Source: an uncultured Candidatus Bathyarchaeia archaeon
GTDB lineage: Archaea > Thermoproteota > Bathyarchaeia > Bathyarchaeales > DTEX01
Direction: 5' to 3'
Length of the DNA: 64,000 bases
Assembly (NCBI GenBank): GCA_964422605.1
Contig: CAYRBK010000001.1
Span: forward strand, 34,025-98,024
The position numbers were made by a program, and so were the translations under genes. Positions 9,631 to 20,028 of the stretch are shown one piece after another. The notes under the pieces are model-generated. The model searched no databases. It saw nothing but the letters and a program-made list of their open reading frames with translations, and was not told the DNA's origin. The first letter of the stretch is position 1; each line of letters begins with the position of its first letter.

Positions 9631-9972
9631 TCACATCCTCCTGATTCGAATGTCCTTTCTGCCACTCTGAAGTCTCCTAAGCATCTCCTTCAACTGGTCG
9701 TCGTCGATAGGAAGCTTTACCTTGCCCTGCTGAGCGATCTGGATAAGTTGGAGCTCAAGCTGAGCGGCAAACTCGGGCCTCACCATTTTCAGGTTTGCGA
9801 GTCTCTGCCTGGCTTCAGGTGTGAGAATCCTGCGCAGTGCAGCTTGTTTCTGTACCTCAAACTCCTTCTCGGCCTGCGCTTGTTGTTGCTCCTCAAGTAG
9901 TTTCTGTTGCAGTTCAAGAAGCCTCCGTTTCCGTAATGCCTCGAGCTCCTCGTCTTCGCTCATGCGGGGCAC
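9631..9972 (-). CDS. PDCD5-like double-stranded DNA-binding protein
   Basis: 113 aa with the motif [21 protein letters not shown]...[10 protein letters not shown], typical of the PDCD5/MTH1615 family. Conserved neighbour of S19e and L39e. Confidence 0.8.
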   Translation of the reverse strand: MPRMSEDEELEALRKRRLLELQQKLLEEQQQAQAEKEFEVQKQAALRRILTPEARQRLANLKMVRPEFAAQLELQLIQIAQQGKVKLPIDDDQLKEMLRRLQSGRKDIRIRRM

Positions 9973-9978
9973 ACCGTC

Positions 9979-10434
9979 TCAGTATTTCTTTAACTCAGAG
10001 ATCTTTTTCTCCAGCTCCTTCTTGACCTCTGTCGACATTAGATCCAGTATCTTTCTGCCCTCCGGAGTGACTACGCGACCTCTCTGTTTCAGAGTCTCCA
10101 CGAGGCCCGATCCCTCAAGCTGCTTAAGGGCGTTTCTAACAACCGCGCCGCTGCCCTTCCTGGTATGCTCGGGTCTCACTCCGCGGTCCTTTCTTCCACT
10201 GTACTCTGCGCGCAAACGTTCTATGCCAATGGGTCCTTTGATGTAGATTTTCCTAAGCAGAGAAGCACAACGAACATACCACCAGTCGGGATTCTCCGGA
10301 GCCTTCTGGGCGTATGTCCCAGTTTTCGCATAGAGTGCCCATTGAGTAGGCTTAACGCCCTCTACGTTACTCCTCAGATAATGCGCAAGCCGTTCGATCA
10401 GTGCGGAAGGCGGAACATCGTGAGGCGTCGGCAA
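9979..10434 (-). CDS. rps19e: Ribosomal protein S19e
   Basis: 151 aa with the motifs PDWWYVRCASLLRKIY and GLVE. Confidence 0.9.
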   Translation of the reverse strand: MPTPHDVPPSALIERLAHYLRSNVEGVKPTQWALYAKTGTYAQKAPENPDWWYVRCASLLRKIYIKGPIGIERLRAEYSGRKDRGVRPEHTRKGSGAVVRNALKQLEGSGLVETLKQRGRVVTPEGRKILDLMSTEVKKELEKKISELKKY

Positions 10435-10483
10435 GGTTCTTCCTTCAAGTTTTTCCGATATTCCTCTGAGTAATCTACGGAGT

Positions 10484-10496
10484 CTCTTATAAATAC
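10484..10496 (-). promoter_or_regulatory. Putative TATA box for rps19e
   Basis: The minus strand reads GTATTTATAAGAG about 55 nt upstream of the S19e ATG. Confidence 0.35.
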
Positions 10497-10499
10497 TTT

Positions 10500-10778
10500 T
10501 TAGCTTCTCTTCAGCCTGCGAAGGGTAAAGGTATGTCCGCGGATCTGCACGATCCTGGATCCGGTTTCCTCGGCGACTTCACTTGCTATCTCCTTCACTT
10601 CATGACCTATCAGAGCAGTTTTCAGAATCCTCACCTTAACAACTTTCCTCTGCTTCAGCCGCCTGGAGATCTCGTTCATCAGTAAGCCTGTAGAGCCCTT
10701 TTTCCCAATGTTCACGGTTGCTCTATCCAGGGTTGTATGTGAACGTTTTGGCCTTCGCGTTGTATGTTTGACCATCAT
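10500..10778 (-). CDS. YhbY/CRM-domain RNA-binding protein
   Basis: CRM-domain pattern VNIGKKG...VKVRIL...IASEVAEETGSRIVQIRGHTFTL. The longest ORF starts at 10820 but overlaps rnp4. The MMVKH start at 10778 abuts the rnp4 stop. Confidence 0.75.
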   Translation of the reverse strand: MMVKHTTRRPKRSHTTLDRATVNIGKKGSTGLLMNEISRRLKQRKVVKVRILKTALIGHEVKEIASEVAEETGSRIVQIRGHTFTLRRLKRS

Positions 10779-11086
10779 CTCTCTTTCTCCCTTAGGGGAA
10801 TTCTCATGTATCCGCCGCAATGCAGACAGGTAACAACAACATGCGGTTCTCTGCGGGGCTGGATGCGGACGCGTGAGTTGATTCCAGGCATTATGAATCT
10901 TTTGCAGTGCTTGCAGACGTGAAGGCGATGCTGAGGAGGAAGATGAATCCGTGTTCTCATTGCTATCCTCCTCGCAATCTCGATGTATCTTTGGGCAAGG
11001 TCAGGTCGTTCATATATTGCTTCGCTGGCAAGTCTGAAAAGTATCTCGATGCGTTGGAGCGCTATTCGTTTTGGATCCGCCGTCAT
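10775..11086 (-). CDS. rnp4: RNase P protein component 4 (Rpp21/Rpr2)
   Basis: 103 aa with the zinc ribbon CKHCKRF...CLHCGGY after a helical N-terminal domain (RIEILFRLA...AQRYIEIARRIAMR). Confidence 0.85.
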   Translation of the reverse strand: MTADPKRIALQRIEILFRLASEAIYERPDLAQRYIEIARRIAMRTRIHLPPQHRLHVCKHCKRFIMPGINSRVRIQPRREPHVVVTCLHCGGYMRIPLREKER

Positions 11087-11170
11087 GCTTCTGAGCCTTT
11101 GTTAGCTATTGGGAAACGGTTTATTTAAGCAATCTGCCAGTGCCAGAGGGATATAGGGAGGGGCAAGCGC

Positions 11171-11192
11171 TACATTTTTATGTAACATTACA
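11171..11192 (+). promoter_or_regulatory. Putative promoter/operator of the ArsR-ABC operon
   Basis: TACATTTTTATGTAACATTACA contains two overlapping inverted repeats (TACAT-N4-ATGTA and TGTAA-N2-TTACA). They embed a TTTTTATG TATA-like element about 40 nt upstream of the ArsR ATG. Confidence 0.35.
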
Positions 11193-11222
11193 CTTCGGTG
11201 TACTACGAGCTGACACGCAAGC

Positions 11223-11837
11223 ATGAAAGACTTCACCATAATCAAGGATCCTGAGGTCGCGAAGCTTTTTGCAGATCAAAACCGAAGAGACATACTCCAC
11301 AATCTAAGACAACGAGAAATGACGGCTTTCCAGCTTGCCAAGCTGCTGGAGAAAAACGTCTCCTCCATTTCCCATCACCTCAACGCATTGGAAAAGGCAG
11401 GGCTAGTTGAACAGACTAGAGTTTCGGTCAGAGGGAACCTTGTTGAGAAGTTCTACCGGGCGGCCGCTGAGAAGTTCATAATCTCGTACACCCTCAGCGA
11501 AGGGCTTGTTCCCGGGTCAGAGGATATTGCTCAGTGGTCAAGGGACGTTTGTATGGGGGCTGTAAATAGCCTTCGAGCTTTTGGCTATGACTTGCCAAAG
11601 GAGGAAGAAGAGAGACTATTAGAGCTTGTGGAGGAGTACTCGACTATTGAGAAGATTGCTTTCGAGGAGGTCATATCCCAACAGAAGATGCCCGTTCAGG
11701 TCGAACGACCCGCTCTTAGGCTCCTCTTGTCGCTGCTGACAAATGTTCGTCTCCACCGGGATTCTGACTTCACCAGATTGTTAGAAGCCATTTATGCCGT
11801 TCTAGAGGATGAGAAACGAAAGGTCCTAAGATGGTGA
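11223..11837 (+). CDS. ArsR-family winged-HTH transcriptional regulator with a C-terminal extension
   Basis: N-terminal sequence LFADQNRRDILHNL...TAFQLAKLL...SSISHHLNALEKAGLV is a canonical ArsR HTH. Confidence 0.8.
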   Translation: MKDFTIIKDPEVAKLFADQNRRDILHNLRQREMTAFQLAKLLEKNVSSISHHLNALEKAGLVEQTRVSVRGNLVEKFYRAAAEKFIISYTLSEGLVPGSEDIAQWSRDVCMGAVNSLRAFGYDLPKEEEERLLELVEEYSTIEKIAFEEVISQQKMPVQVERPALRLLLSLLTNVRLHRDSDFTRLLEAIYAVLEDEKRKVLRW

Positions 11838-11843
11838 CGATAC

Positions 11844-13652
11844 TTGTCTCTGATCAAAAGTCTGTCGAAGTACATTCTCAGGATGTGGCACGTAATGGCG
11901 TTGAGCATTGTATGCATTGTGATATCAACATACATCAACGTCTACATACCGCAGCTGTCAGGAGGGGTGATAAGGGGCATATTGGAGATGGGAGACTTCA
12001 GCTCCCTTGTATCGCTGGTGGTTCAGATATTGGCATTAACCGGGTTCCTTGGAGTCTTCTCCTTCGTCCAACGTTATGCGAGTGGCTATTTCGCCCAAAA
12101 AGTCGTATACGAGGTTAGAAATGACGCTTTCAAGTCGATCCAGAGACAGTCTTTCGGCTTTTTTGACAAAGTCGAAACTGGACAGCTCATGTCGAGAGCC
12201 ACAACGGACGCTGATAGAATAGGGCAGTTCCTCGGGTGGCAGTTCAGAATGCTCATAGAATCCTTGTTTCTGCTCGCAGGGGTTGTGACAGCGATGATTC
12301 TGATCGATATGCAGCTCACCGCTCTGTCTTTCTCCATAGTAACGCTTCTCTTCATCAACTTTACCATTTTTGGAAGAGAAATCCGGCCAGTCATGCACAC
12401 CTCTCGAGAACAGTTCGGCACGTTGACTTCGATCCTCTGGGAAAACATTACAGGGATAAGAGTCATCCGGTCCTTCGCCAGAGAGGAATATGAGAAGGCA
12501 AAGTTCCACCGACCGAGCGAAGACTACTACAAGACGATGATTAGGGCGGCGAGACTCAGGTCTACCTTCATGCCTCTGGCTGGCCTTATAGGCGGACTGG
12601 CTATGGCGGTTGTCTACTGGTATGGCGGTCTCCAAGTTATAAACCATCGCCTAACCGTAGACATACTTTACGTCTTCAGCAGCTATGTGCTGATGTTAAT
12701 GAGACCCATCGGCATGATGGGGATGATATGGACTGGCTATCAGCAGATGGCAGCGGCCGGCGAGAGAGTCTTCGAGATCATAGACACCGTGCCTGAGATC
12801 AGAGACAAGCCAGATGCTAAGACCTTGCCACCCATTAAAGGCCACGTGATCTTTGAGGATGTATCCTTTGGCTACGCAAAAGACAAACTGATTCTCCAGA
12901 ATGTGAACTTGGAAGCCAGACCAGGGGAAACTGTTGCTCTTCTGGGGCCGACAGGCTCGGGCAAAAGCACGATAATCCGCCTTTTGCCGAGGTTCTACGA
13001 TGTGACTTCTGGGAGAATCCTTATTGATGGGACTGACATAAGAGACGTGAAGGTTGAGTCGCTTAGAAAGCACATGGGGATAGTGTCGCAGGAGATCTTC
13101 CTGTTCAACACGACGGTAAAAGACAACATTGCCTATGGCAACCCCAAAGCAACGATGGAAGAGATTGTAAGAGCAGCCAAGATCGCTAACGCTGACGATT
13201 TCATCGTTGGCCTGCCCCAGGGATACGACACGATCGTAGGCGAAAGAGGAGTCACTCTGTCCGGCGGACAACAGCAGAGAGTCGCCATTGCGCGAGCGTT
13301 ATTGATGGACCCGCGCATATTGATCTTGGACGATTCAACATCAAGCGTAGATGTGGACACGGAGTACGAGATTCAGCAAGCCTTAAGCGCTCTGCTTAGG
13401 AATCGAACTACCTTCGTCATAACCCAGCGCGTTTCCACGATCCGGAATGCGGACAGGATTGTGGTGCTTGAGAACGGAGCGATCGTAGAAGAGGGAAATC
13501 ACGAGTCTCTCATGGAGAAGAGAGGAGCCTACTATAGGATCTACCAGACACTATACGAAGCCCAGAAAGAGGTTCTGCAACCAGGAGCAGAGGAAGAAGA
13601 TCTTCCAGCGGAAAGAGAAACAGCCATAAGCCAAGGAAGGAGGGAAGCCTAA
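11844..13652 (+). CDS. ABC exporter, fused permease/ATPase (type I exporter half-transporter)
   Basis: Six-TM N-terminal domain followed by Walker A GPTGSGKST, signature LSGGQQQR and Walker B ILILDD. TTG start. Confidence 0.88.
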   Translation: MSLIKSLSKYILRMWHVMALSIVCIVISTYINVYIPQLSGGVIRGILEMGDFSSLVSLVVQILALTGFLGVFSFVQRYASGYFAQKVVYEVRNDAFKSIQRQSFGFFDKVETGQLMSRATTDADRIGQFLGWQFRMLIESLFLLAGVVTAMILIDMQLTALSFSIVTLLFINFTIFGREIRPVMHTSREQFGTLTSILWENITGIRVIRSFAREEYEKAKFHRPSEDYYKTMIRAARLRSTFMPLAGLIGGLAMAVVYWYGGLQVINHRLTVDILYVFSSYVLMLMRPIGMMGMIWTGYQQMAAAGERVFEIIDTVPEIRDKPDAKTLPPIKGHVIFEDVSFGYAKDKLILQNVNLEARPGETVALLGPTGSGKSTIIRLLPRFYDVTSGRILIDGTDIRDVKVESLRKHMGIVSQEIFLFNTTVKDNIAYGNPKATMEEIVRAAKIANADDFIVGLPQGYDTIVGERGVTLSGGQQQRVAIARALLMDPRILILDDSTSSVDVDTEYEIQQALSALLRNRTTFVITQRVSTIRNADRIVVLENGAIVEEGNHESLMEKRGAYYRIYQTLYEAQKEVLQPGAEEEDLPAERETAISQGRREA

Positions 13653-15503
13653 ATGGGGATGCCTCCTCATTTTCACCGGTTTGGGGAAGAGATACCTGAG
13701 AGAAAGACGCCGACGAGGGTTCTGATCTCAAGGCTGTTCCGTTACCTTCTCCCCTTCAAGAAGCGATTAGCCCTCCTTTTCGCCACGATCCTGATCACAT
13801 CGACTACAGGAATCATCAGCCCATATATTCTGGGCCGGGATATAGTGGCTAGGTTCATTCTGCGATCCGACTTTGCTGGCTTACAGCAGACAATCCTCCT
13901 CTTTGCCGGCATCCTTCTCATCAGCTGGGCTGCTGACACGGTGCGCACCTACGGTCTTTCGAAGATAGGTCAGGACATGCTTTTGAAGATGCGTTCTGAG
14001 CTCTTCTCGCACCTTCAGGAACTTTCCTTCGGTTTCTTTGACCAGTCAGACAGCGGGGACATCATATCCAGAGTTACGAACGACACCGACAGCATAGGCG
14101 AAGCCTTCACTTCAGGCGTTGTCCAAGTTGCGAGCGATACTCTTAGCATAGCGTTGATCGTCATCGTCATGTTCAGCATAAACGTTCAGCTCAGTTTGGT
14201 GTCGATGCTCGTAGTCCCGTTGATCGCTGCAATGGCGCTCGCCTTCAACTCCAGGTTCAGAGCCGCATACAAGGCACAGAGGACCAAGATTGCCGGCGTC
14301 ACTTCCAAACTGGAAGAAAGCATATCGGGCATAAGGGAGATCAAATCTTTCACGAGAGAACGGGATACGATAGAGGATTTCAGGCAGGTGAACCTCCAGA
14401 ACCTCCAAGCGAACCTGCAGGCAACGAGGATCTGGGGTACATTTTTCCCGACGATACAAATCATCCAAGCCGTAGGAGCCGGAATAGTCATGATCTACGG
14501 AGGCATGTTGGCCCTCAACGGAGCCTTGGGACCTGTGGAAGACGCGATAGGGACATTGATAACTTTCCTGATGTATGTGGGGATGTTCTTCGGACCGATA
14601 TTTGACTTGACAAACCTCTACAACACTATACAGGCGGCGTTGGCTGCAGCTGAAAGAGTCTTCGAGCTAATCGACACCAAGCCCGCAATAGCAGACAGTG
14701 AAGACGCTGTCGAGATGCCGCTGGTCAAAGGGGAGATTATCTTTGAAGACATAACCTTTGGGTACGACCCAAAGCATCCTGTGTTGCACAGCGTCAGCTT
14801 CAGCGTAAGACCCAGGGAGTCGATCGCGCTTGTGGGACCGACTGGGGCCGGCAAGAGCACTATCATCAAACTGCTGAGCCGATTCTACGAACCACAATCA
14901 GGGTCAATAAGAATCGACGGGCACAACATAAGAGACCTCACCCAGAAGTCTCTGCGCGAACAGATGGGAATCGTCCTGCAGGAGTCCTTCCTCTTCAAGG
15001 GAACGATCATGGAGAACATTAAGTACGGGAGGTTAGAAGCCACAGACGAAGACGCTGCGAGCGCCGCTAAGACGGTGGGCGCTCACGAGTTCATATCAAG
15101 TCTGCCAGATGGATACAACTCCAAGATAGGCGAAAGGGGAGCCGGCCTCTCTGTTGGTCAGAAACAGCTCGTCTCCTTTGCCCGCGCGCTGCTCAGAGAT
15201 CCCGCAATCTTGATCTTGGACGAGGCAACCTCAAGTATCGATCCATACACGGATCTTCTGATAAGAAAGGCAATGAAGGCTCTGCTTAGGAACCGAACGT
15301 CGGTGATCATAGCCCATAGGCTCTCGACCGTTCGGAACGCCGACAGAACTCTGGTCATCAACGACGGGAAGATTGTCGAAGAAGGCAACCACAGGGAACT
15401 CATGAAGAAGAAGGGACTTTACAGCCACCTTTACGAAATGCAGTTCAGAGAACCCGAAGTACCCCAAGCACCAGTGAGACCCCAGGAAGTACTGACCAGG
15501 TAG
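13653..15503 (+). CDS. ABC exporter, fused permease/ATPase (partner half-transporter)
   Basis: Walker A GPTGAGKST, signature LSVGQKQL and Walker B ILILDE. Its start abuts the stop of the upstream gene, which suggests a heterodimer. Confidence 0.88.
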   Translation: MGMPPHFHRFGEEIPERKTPTRVLISRLFRYLLPFKKRLALLFATILITSTTGIISPYILGRDIVARFILRSDFAGLQQTILLFAGILLISWAADTVRTYGLSKIGQDMLLKMRSELFSHLQELSFGFFDQSDSGDIISRVTNDTDSIGEAFTSGVVQVASDTLSIALIVIVMFSINVQLSLVSMLVVPLIAAMALAFNSRFRAAYKAQRTKIAGVTSKLEESISGIREIKSFTRERDTIEDFRQVNLQNLQANLQATRIWGTFFPTIQIIQAVGAGIVMIYGGMLALNGALGPVEDAIGTLITFLMYVGMFFGPIFDLTNLYNTIQAALAAAERVFELIDTKPAIADSEDAVEMPLVKGEIIFEDITFGYDPKHPVLHSVSFSVRPRESIALVGPTGAGKSTIIKLLSRFYEPQSGSIRIDGHNIRDLTQKSLREQMGIVLQESFLFKGTIMENIKYGRLEATDEDAASAAKTVGAHEFISSLPDGYNSKIGERGAGLSVGQKQLVSFARALLRDPAILILDEATSSIDPYTDLLIRKAMKALLRNRTSVIIAHRLSTVRNADRTLVINDGKIVEEGNHRELMKKKGLYSHLYEMQFREPEVPQAPVRPQEVLTR

Positions 15504-15552
15504 GCAGAGACGTTGAAGGTTTGGGATTGCTAACAGTTGTCCGACGCATCCC

Positions 15553-15825
15553 TCAAGGTTGCTGAGTCCTAAGAAGATTGTTTATGTCGTCCAAGAGTTG
15601 TAGCCAGCTTAGATAAGAGTTTACTGACGCTCGCAGGGCTGTCGTATCCCTACACTCGAAAATCAAGGCGAGGACCCTTCCTTCCCGTGCAACCTGAACC
15701 TCAGAACGCCCCCCCGGGGAAGACTTAGTCTCCGGCTTCAAGGCGTTCTGGACTATACTCGCCGCCCTTTCGGACGGGAGCGCTAAACGTATAACAACCG
15801 TAGCCTTTTTTGCCAATTCCTCCAC
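15553..15825 (-). CDS. pcc1: KEOPS complex subunit Pcc1
   Basis: 90 aa. The pattern ...ALKPE...VLALIFECRDTTALRASVNSYLSWLQL matches the Pcc1/CTAG family. GTG start. Confidence 0.75.
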   Translation of the reverse strand: MEELAKKATVVIRLALPSERAASIVQNALKPETKSSPGGRSEVQVAREGRVLALIFECRDTTALRASVNSYLSWLQLLDDINNLLRTQQP

Positions 15826-15959
15826 CTATTAGTGGATTGTTGAGATCGCTTCCGCTCTTGTCCGCTCAAGCAACACCGGAAGCAGGAGCTCAGCTGCAGA
15901 AAGCACTCTTGCGCCATCACTGATTGCAGTGCATCCGCGGGTCAGGACTTTCGGATCTG

Positions 15960-16226
15960 TCAACTGCTTTTCGCTGATTGCTGGGCGGATGCTCCTAGCT
16001 TCGTAGCCGGGACGTAGGCTCCTCCGGCAAACTTGAAGCCACATCTAGTGCATACCCAGATTCCCACACTTTCGCGGCGGACCGAGTTCGTGCTACACTG
16101 GGGACACACATGCTTTCTCCTCATCTCAGACATGGTTTCGCTGAATCTTCTCCTCGCAGTGACACCGTAACGGGAGCCTAGCCCTCCTGCGGGTCCTATC
16201 TTCCTTGTTCTTTTCCGGCGACCCAC
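15960..16226 (-). CDS. rpl37ae: Ribosomal protein L37Ae (eL43)
   Basis: Sequence GSRYGVTARRRF...CPQC...WVCTRCGFKFAGGAY, including the zinc ribbon. Confidence 0.92.
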   Translation of the reverse strand: MGRRKRTRKIGPAGGLGSRYGVTARRRFSETMSEMRRKHVCPQCSTNSVRRESVGIWVCTRCGFKFAGGAYVPATKLGASAQQSAKSS

Positions 16227-17023
16227 TAGCGCTTCGCCACCAATCTCCTCAGTTCTTCAGCCTTCTCCCTGGCTATGTGGGCGGCTTCAACCACCTGTTG
16301 CGGAGTCAAGGTTCCAGTTCCGCCTTTCTGCATTGCACAGATCCTTCCATCTTCACCGAAACTGATCGTAAGCCGAGCGTCCATGACTTCCTCCTCGTCA
16401 AGCCAAGGATCCACAACTAGCTTACCGCTTATGCCCGCAAATGTGACTGCAACGGGGTGATTCCTCATAGGCAAAGCTGTAAAGCCAGGCTTTTTTATCA
16501 CCTCTCCATTCTTCACCTCGTACTTGAAGACCTTAGTGTTCATAAGCGCGGCAAGGGCAGCCAAGGCTGACGCGTCTATCAGGTTCCCATCATGGTTGAG
16601 CACATAGACATCGACAAAGACCACTAAGGCCTTCTTTCCCGGGATAATGATGAGCTTTTCAAGATCGATGGCTTTGGACTCGCGGACCCCTCTGTCTACG
16701 ACCCTAGCTAGCTCCACAGACTCCTCACCCGGTGGACCAGCCTCGAATTCAGGAGAGGCCAGAGGAACAAACTCTGAGTTAACCGTGAGGACGCCCTCGC
16801 TTGGCCGGTCGGAGAACGGTTCACCCGTCTCAATCTTCACGCCCACCATGACCTCGGTCCTGCCCATCCGGACCTTGGCGGAGCCTTCCGCTTTCTCGAT
16901 GATGCCAGTCTCTACCTGGACTGGTCGATACTCGTTGAGCTCTCTTCCGTCTAGTCTCTTGCCGCTCCCGATCAGTTGGGCTATTTGCTTCTGTCTTATG
17001 CGCGAGACCATTATGGAAGTCAT
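16226..17023 (-). CDS. rrp42: Exosome complex component Rrp42
   Basis: 265-aa RNase PH-like fold ([13 protein letters not shown]...). It follows rrp41 with a 4-nt overlap. Confidence 0.88.
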   Translation of the reverse strand: MTSIMVSRIRQKQIAQLIGSGKRLDGRELNEYRPVQVETGIIEKAEGSAKVRMGRTEVMVGVKIETGEPFSDRPSEGVLTVNSEFVPLASPEFEAGPPGEESVELARVVDRGVRESKAIDLEKLIIIPGKKALVVFVDVYVLNHDGNLIDASALAALAALMNTKVFKYEVKNGEVIKKPGFTALPMRNHPVAVTFAGISGKLVVDPWLDEEEVMDARLTISFGEDGRICAMQKGGTGTLTPQQVVEAAHIAREKAEELRRLVAKR

Positions 17024-17766
17024 TCCTCTTCTACCTCCTCCGCCTCTTCCTTAATCGCCAGGTACTTGGCTTTTAAGGCTTCCTTCTGGAGCCCATATAT
17101 CTGCTTACATCCCTCCAGCGCAAGATCCATCAACTGCTTGAACTCCTCGATGGTCAGCAAGCCATCCATCTGAAGCAACGCAACAGCTCCAAAGTTCGGC
17201 ATGTAGGCGACCGGCACGTCAGCCTCGCCTTCTTTGTCTTCCAGGTCATTCAGATCGAGCACCAAATGTCCCCCAGCCTTCCCAGCCGCGCAGGCAGCAA
17301 CTAAGTCTCTCATAGGAATGCCTGCGTCAGCCAACGCCAGGGATGCGGCAGTAACTCCTGCCCCCCTTGTTCCTCCGTCAGCCTGCAGAACCTCGATGAA
17401 GACGTCAATGGAGGTTCTGGGGAACTTCTCCAGAAAGATCGCTGGTTCAAGAGCTTCTCGGATAACCTTCGATAGCTCCACTTCGCGTCTCGACGGCGCC
17501 GGAGACTTCCTCTCTTCCACGGAAAAGGGCGCCATATGATATCTGCATTGAAGCACAGCTCTGTCAGGGAGAGCCAGATGCCTCGGGTGCACTTCTCGTG
17601 GACCATAGACAGCAGCAAGAATCTTGTTCTTGCCCTGCTCAATATAGGCAGACCCGTCAGCATTGCTCAGTATGCCGACCTCCAGTTTTATGGGTCTCAG
17701 TTCGTTCAGCTTTCTCCCGTCTGTTCTGATTCCTTTCTCACTAACCAATACGGTTGTTTGAGACAT
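17020..17766 (-). CDS. rrp41: Exosome complex exonuclease Rrp41
   Basis: 248 aa with the RNase PH motifs [12 protein letters not shown] and [10 protein letters not shown]. Confidence 0.9.
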   Translation of the reverse strand: MSQTTVLVSEKGIRTDGRKLNELRPIKLEVGILSNADGSAYIEQGKNKILAAVYGPREVHPRHLALPDRAVLQCRYHMAPFSVEERKSPAPSRREVELSKVIREALEPAIFLEKFPRTSIDVFIEVLQADGGTRGAGVTAASLALADAGIPMRDLVAACAAGKAGGHLVLDLNDLEDKEGEADVPVAYMPNFGAVALLQMDGLLTIEEFKQLMDLALEGCKQIYGLQKEALKAKYLAIKEEAEEVEEE

Positions 17767-18461
17767 TAACCAGTATCACCTCTTCCTTTTTTTAACATCT
17801 CGGTCACGCGGTCGGTAAGCCCTGAAGTATGGGCTTCCTCTTCGATCTTTTGGATGGCAAGCAGAGCCATCCTCTCGTCTTCACGGTTGCTGCCGGATAT
17901 TGCTATGAGCCCGTTTTGCCCAACCGTTATATTGCATCTTGTCTCCTTCTTCAGCATCGTGATCATTGATCCTTTTCGGCCGATGATCCTCGGAATCTTT
18001 GCCGGAGAGACTCGGATGATCTGTCCATGGGTTATCTTTCCCAGCTCGGGTTCGCGCATCGTCAGGCTTGGATCACGCGTCCGGTCGAACGATATCACCT
18101 TGGCCAAGACAAGATCGCCAACATCGAGAAAATCAGACAATTCGTCTCTCTGAGGTTTGAACGGTCGATCTAGGGCTTCTGAGGCCCTAAGGTTCGCCAT
18201 GTAGGGCGAGTTAATGTTAACGGTCCATCCGTGCAGGTTTGCTTCCACAATCTTCCCTATGACTTGATCGCCGACCGAAGGAACATAGAATGTGTTCAAG
18301 GCTACAACTTGAACCAGTCTGCCCTTATACTCGACGAGCCCAAGTCTACTGGCGTAGATCCTCGCGTCCTGTCTGTACGTGTTATTCCCCGCCAAGTAGT
18401 CTCCTTCAGCAAGTAGATCGCCAGGGGCCACAATCTGTCTATTCTCAAGAAAGAAAGGCAA
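17766..18461 (-). CDS. rrp4: Exosome complex RNA-binding protein Rrp4 (S1 + KH)
   Basis: 231 aa. An S1 domain ([11 protein letters not shown]...) is followed by a KH domain ([15 protein letters not shown]). Confidence 0.88.
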   Translation of the reverse strand: MPFFLENRQIVAPGDLLAEGDYLAGNNTYRQDARIYASRLGLVEYKGRLVQVVALNTFYVPSVGDQVIGKIVEANLHGWTVNINSPYMANLRASEALDRPFKPQRDELSDFLDVGDLVLAKVISFDRTRDPSLTMREPELGKITHGQIIRVSPAKIPRIIGRKGSMITMLKKETRCNITVGQNGLIAISGSNREDERMALLAIQKIEEEAHTSGLTDRVTEMLKKGRGDTG

Positions 18462-18482
18462 AATCTCACCCTCGTCTGTGCT

Positions 18483-19175
18483 CTACTTTACGATCTTCGC
18501 TTCAGCGTTTCCTCGGGTAATCTCTCCCAGCCTCTCCAAAAGGGGACCGTAGAGTCCTGCTGGCATCTCGACAATGGCTGACCACGATCCATCGCTTCGC
18601 CAAGATTCACTCTTTATCGTTCCGAATGATTTCACGGTGCCATAGACTTTGCTGGCGAACTGTGGCGGAATGACGACTGAAACAGATGCTTTTTCGATGC
18701 TTATGGGCAAAATCCGACGGAGAAGCTTAATGGCCTCGTTCGCTTGTTCCTCAACGCTTTTGAAGGGATCCACAGGAAACCGAACCTGCTCCAAAGCCTG
18801 TTGTATTCGCGTTGGAGGGTGGGGAAGCTTGGTTCTGGGGTCAACGCTTTGGCGTGAGATAAATGCGATTATCTGTCTAAGCTTCTCTTCGATCATCCGT
18901 CTCCGCTGCTCGGCTGTTAACTGCAAAGTGCCTTTCCTGAGAATGGACTCCGCTATCTTCTGCGGGTCTGTTGTTCCAAAGGCTTCCTCAAGCTCCTTCT
19001 CTGAAGCCCTCAATCCTTTATTTGCGTCGTTGAAAACCGTTTCCGTTACTAGAATCTCTGAGAGAGAAATGGACTTCCCATGACGATAAGACAAGGCCGG
19101 TTCAGGTTTCACAAGCAGCTCAAAGTCCTTCCCGTTCAAATTTATGCGTGCCACGGTGTAACCTTTGCTCATCAC
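18483..19175 (-). CDS. SBDS-family ribosome maturation protein (Sdo1)
   Basis: 230 aa with an FYSH-domain N-terminus (ARINLNGKDFELLV...VFNDANKG). Conserved position in the exosome/proteasome superoperon. Confidence 0.85.
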   Translation of the reverse strand: MMSKGYTVARINLNGKDFELLVKPEPALSYRHGKSISLSEILVTETVFNDANKGLRASEKELEEAFGTTDPQKIAESILRKGTLQLTAEQRRRMIEEKLRQIIAFISRQSVDPRTKLPHPPTRIQQALEQVRFPVDPFKSVEEQANEAIKLLRRILPISIEKASVSVVIPPQFASKVYGTVKSFGTIKSESWRSDGSWSAIVEMPAGLYGPLLERLGEITRGNAEAKIVK

Positions 19176-19915
19176 GTCCCACTGCCCAATACTTCCTTCT
19201 GGCGTTTCTCGGTCTCTTCGTCTGGCACCAGCCTGAATCTCTTAGTGTCAACAGGGACGACCGCCAACTTAATCTTCGGCTGCTCCTCTCTTGCTTGAAG
19301 CGACTTCACAAGGCATTTGACTGCTAGCTTCACGGCTTCTTCTAGCGTAAGGTCTTCTCTATACTCTGCCTTCAAGACGGTTTCAGCAGTCTCTCTTCCA
19401 ACGCCGATCGCCACAGCTTTGTACGCTCTGTAGGAGCCGCTGGGGTCTGTCGTGAATAGCCGGGCTCCCATCTTGTCGACTCCGGCGAAGATCACCGATA
19501 CGCCAAAGGGTCTGACGCCTGCGTGTTGGGTGTAAAGCTGCATTACGTCTCCTGTTCTCTTTGTGGCAATCTCAACATCCACTGGCTCATCATACATCAA
19601 CCGGTTGCTTTGAGAATAGATTCTTGCCTCATCAATCAATATACGCGCGTCTGAACTTATGCCTACAACAGCCGCTCCGAGATGCTCATCAACTTCGTAA
19701 ATCTTCTGGCTGAAGTTTGGATCCTGCAGCCTTGACTCTACCTTCTCTTCTGCTCCAATCACAACCCCTTCAGGGCACGAGATGCCTATGATTGTTGGAC
19801 CTCGATACACGGTCTCAAGGGCATACTCTACCTGAAATAGACGCCCATCTGGGGAGAAGACTGTAATTGCGCGGTCGTAAGCTCCCGGAACAGCAAACAC
19901 TGACAAGCTTACCAC
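19172..19915 (-). CDS. psmA: Proteasome alpha subunit
   Basis: The YDRAITVFSPDGRLFQVEYA signature is present. GTG start. Confidence 0.93.
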   Translation of the reverse strand: MVSLSVFAVPGAYDRAITVFSPDGRLFQVEYALETVYRGPTIIGISCPEGVVIGAEEKVESRLQDPNFSQKIYEVDEHLGAAVVGISSDARILIDEARIYSQSNRLMYDEPVDVEIATKRTGDVMQLYTQHAGVRPFGVSVIFAGVDKMGARLFTTDPSGSYRAYKAVAIGVGRETAETVLKAEYREDLTLEEAVKLAVKCLVKSLQAREEQPKIKLAVVPVDTKRFRLVPDEETEKRQKEVLGSGT

Positions 19916-20028
19916 CTCTCTTTGTCTTCTTCAATACCTTCTGTCTGAGAAGTAAATAAACGACACTAAAAAACCTTTTCATTAACCACTTGTCTGTCGC
20001 TGTTGTAGACCGAGGGATATCTCACAAA

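Noticed and set aside
8715-9644. 309-aa plus-strand ORF spanning the aIF6/L31e/L39e region
   Set aside because: It is antisense to three well-supported conserved genes. Its sequence is low-complexity (L/F/S/R-rich), the mirror image of the Glu/Lys-rich L31e extension. It is a typical shadow ORF.
15826-15959. Search for a small RpoP/Rpb12 zinc-ribbon gene in the 134-bp gap after L37ae, where I recall it often sits in archaea
   Set aside because: I translated all three minus-strand frames. None gives a CxxC...CxxC ribbon. The only ATG ORF (MAQECFLQLSSCFRCCLSGQ..., 44 aa) runs into the Pcc1 start and does not resemble RpoP.
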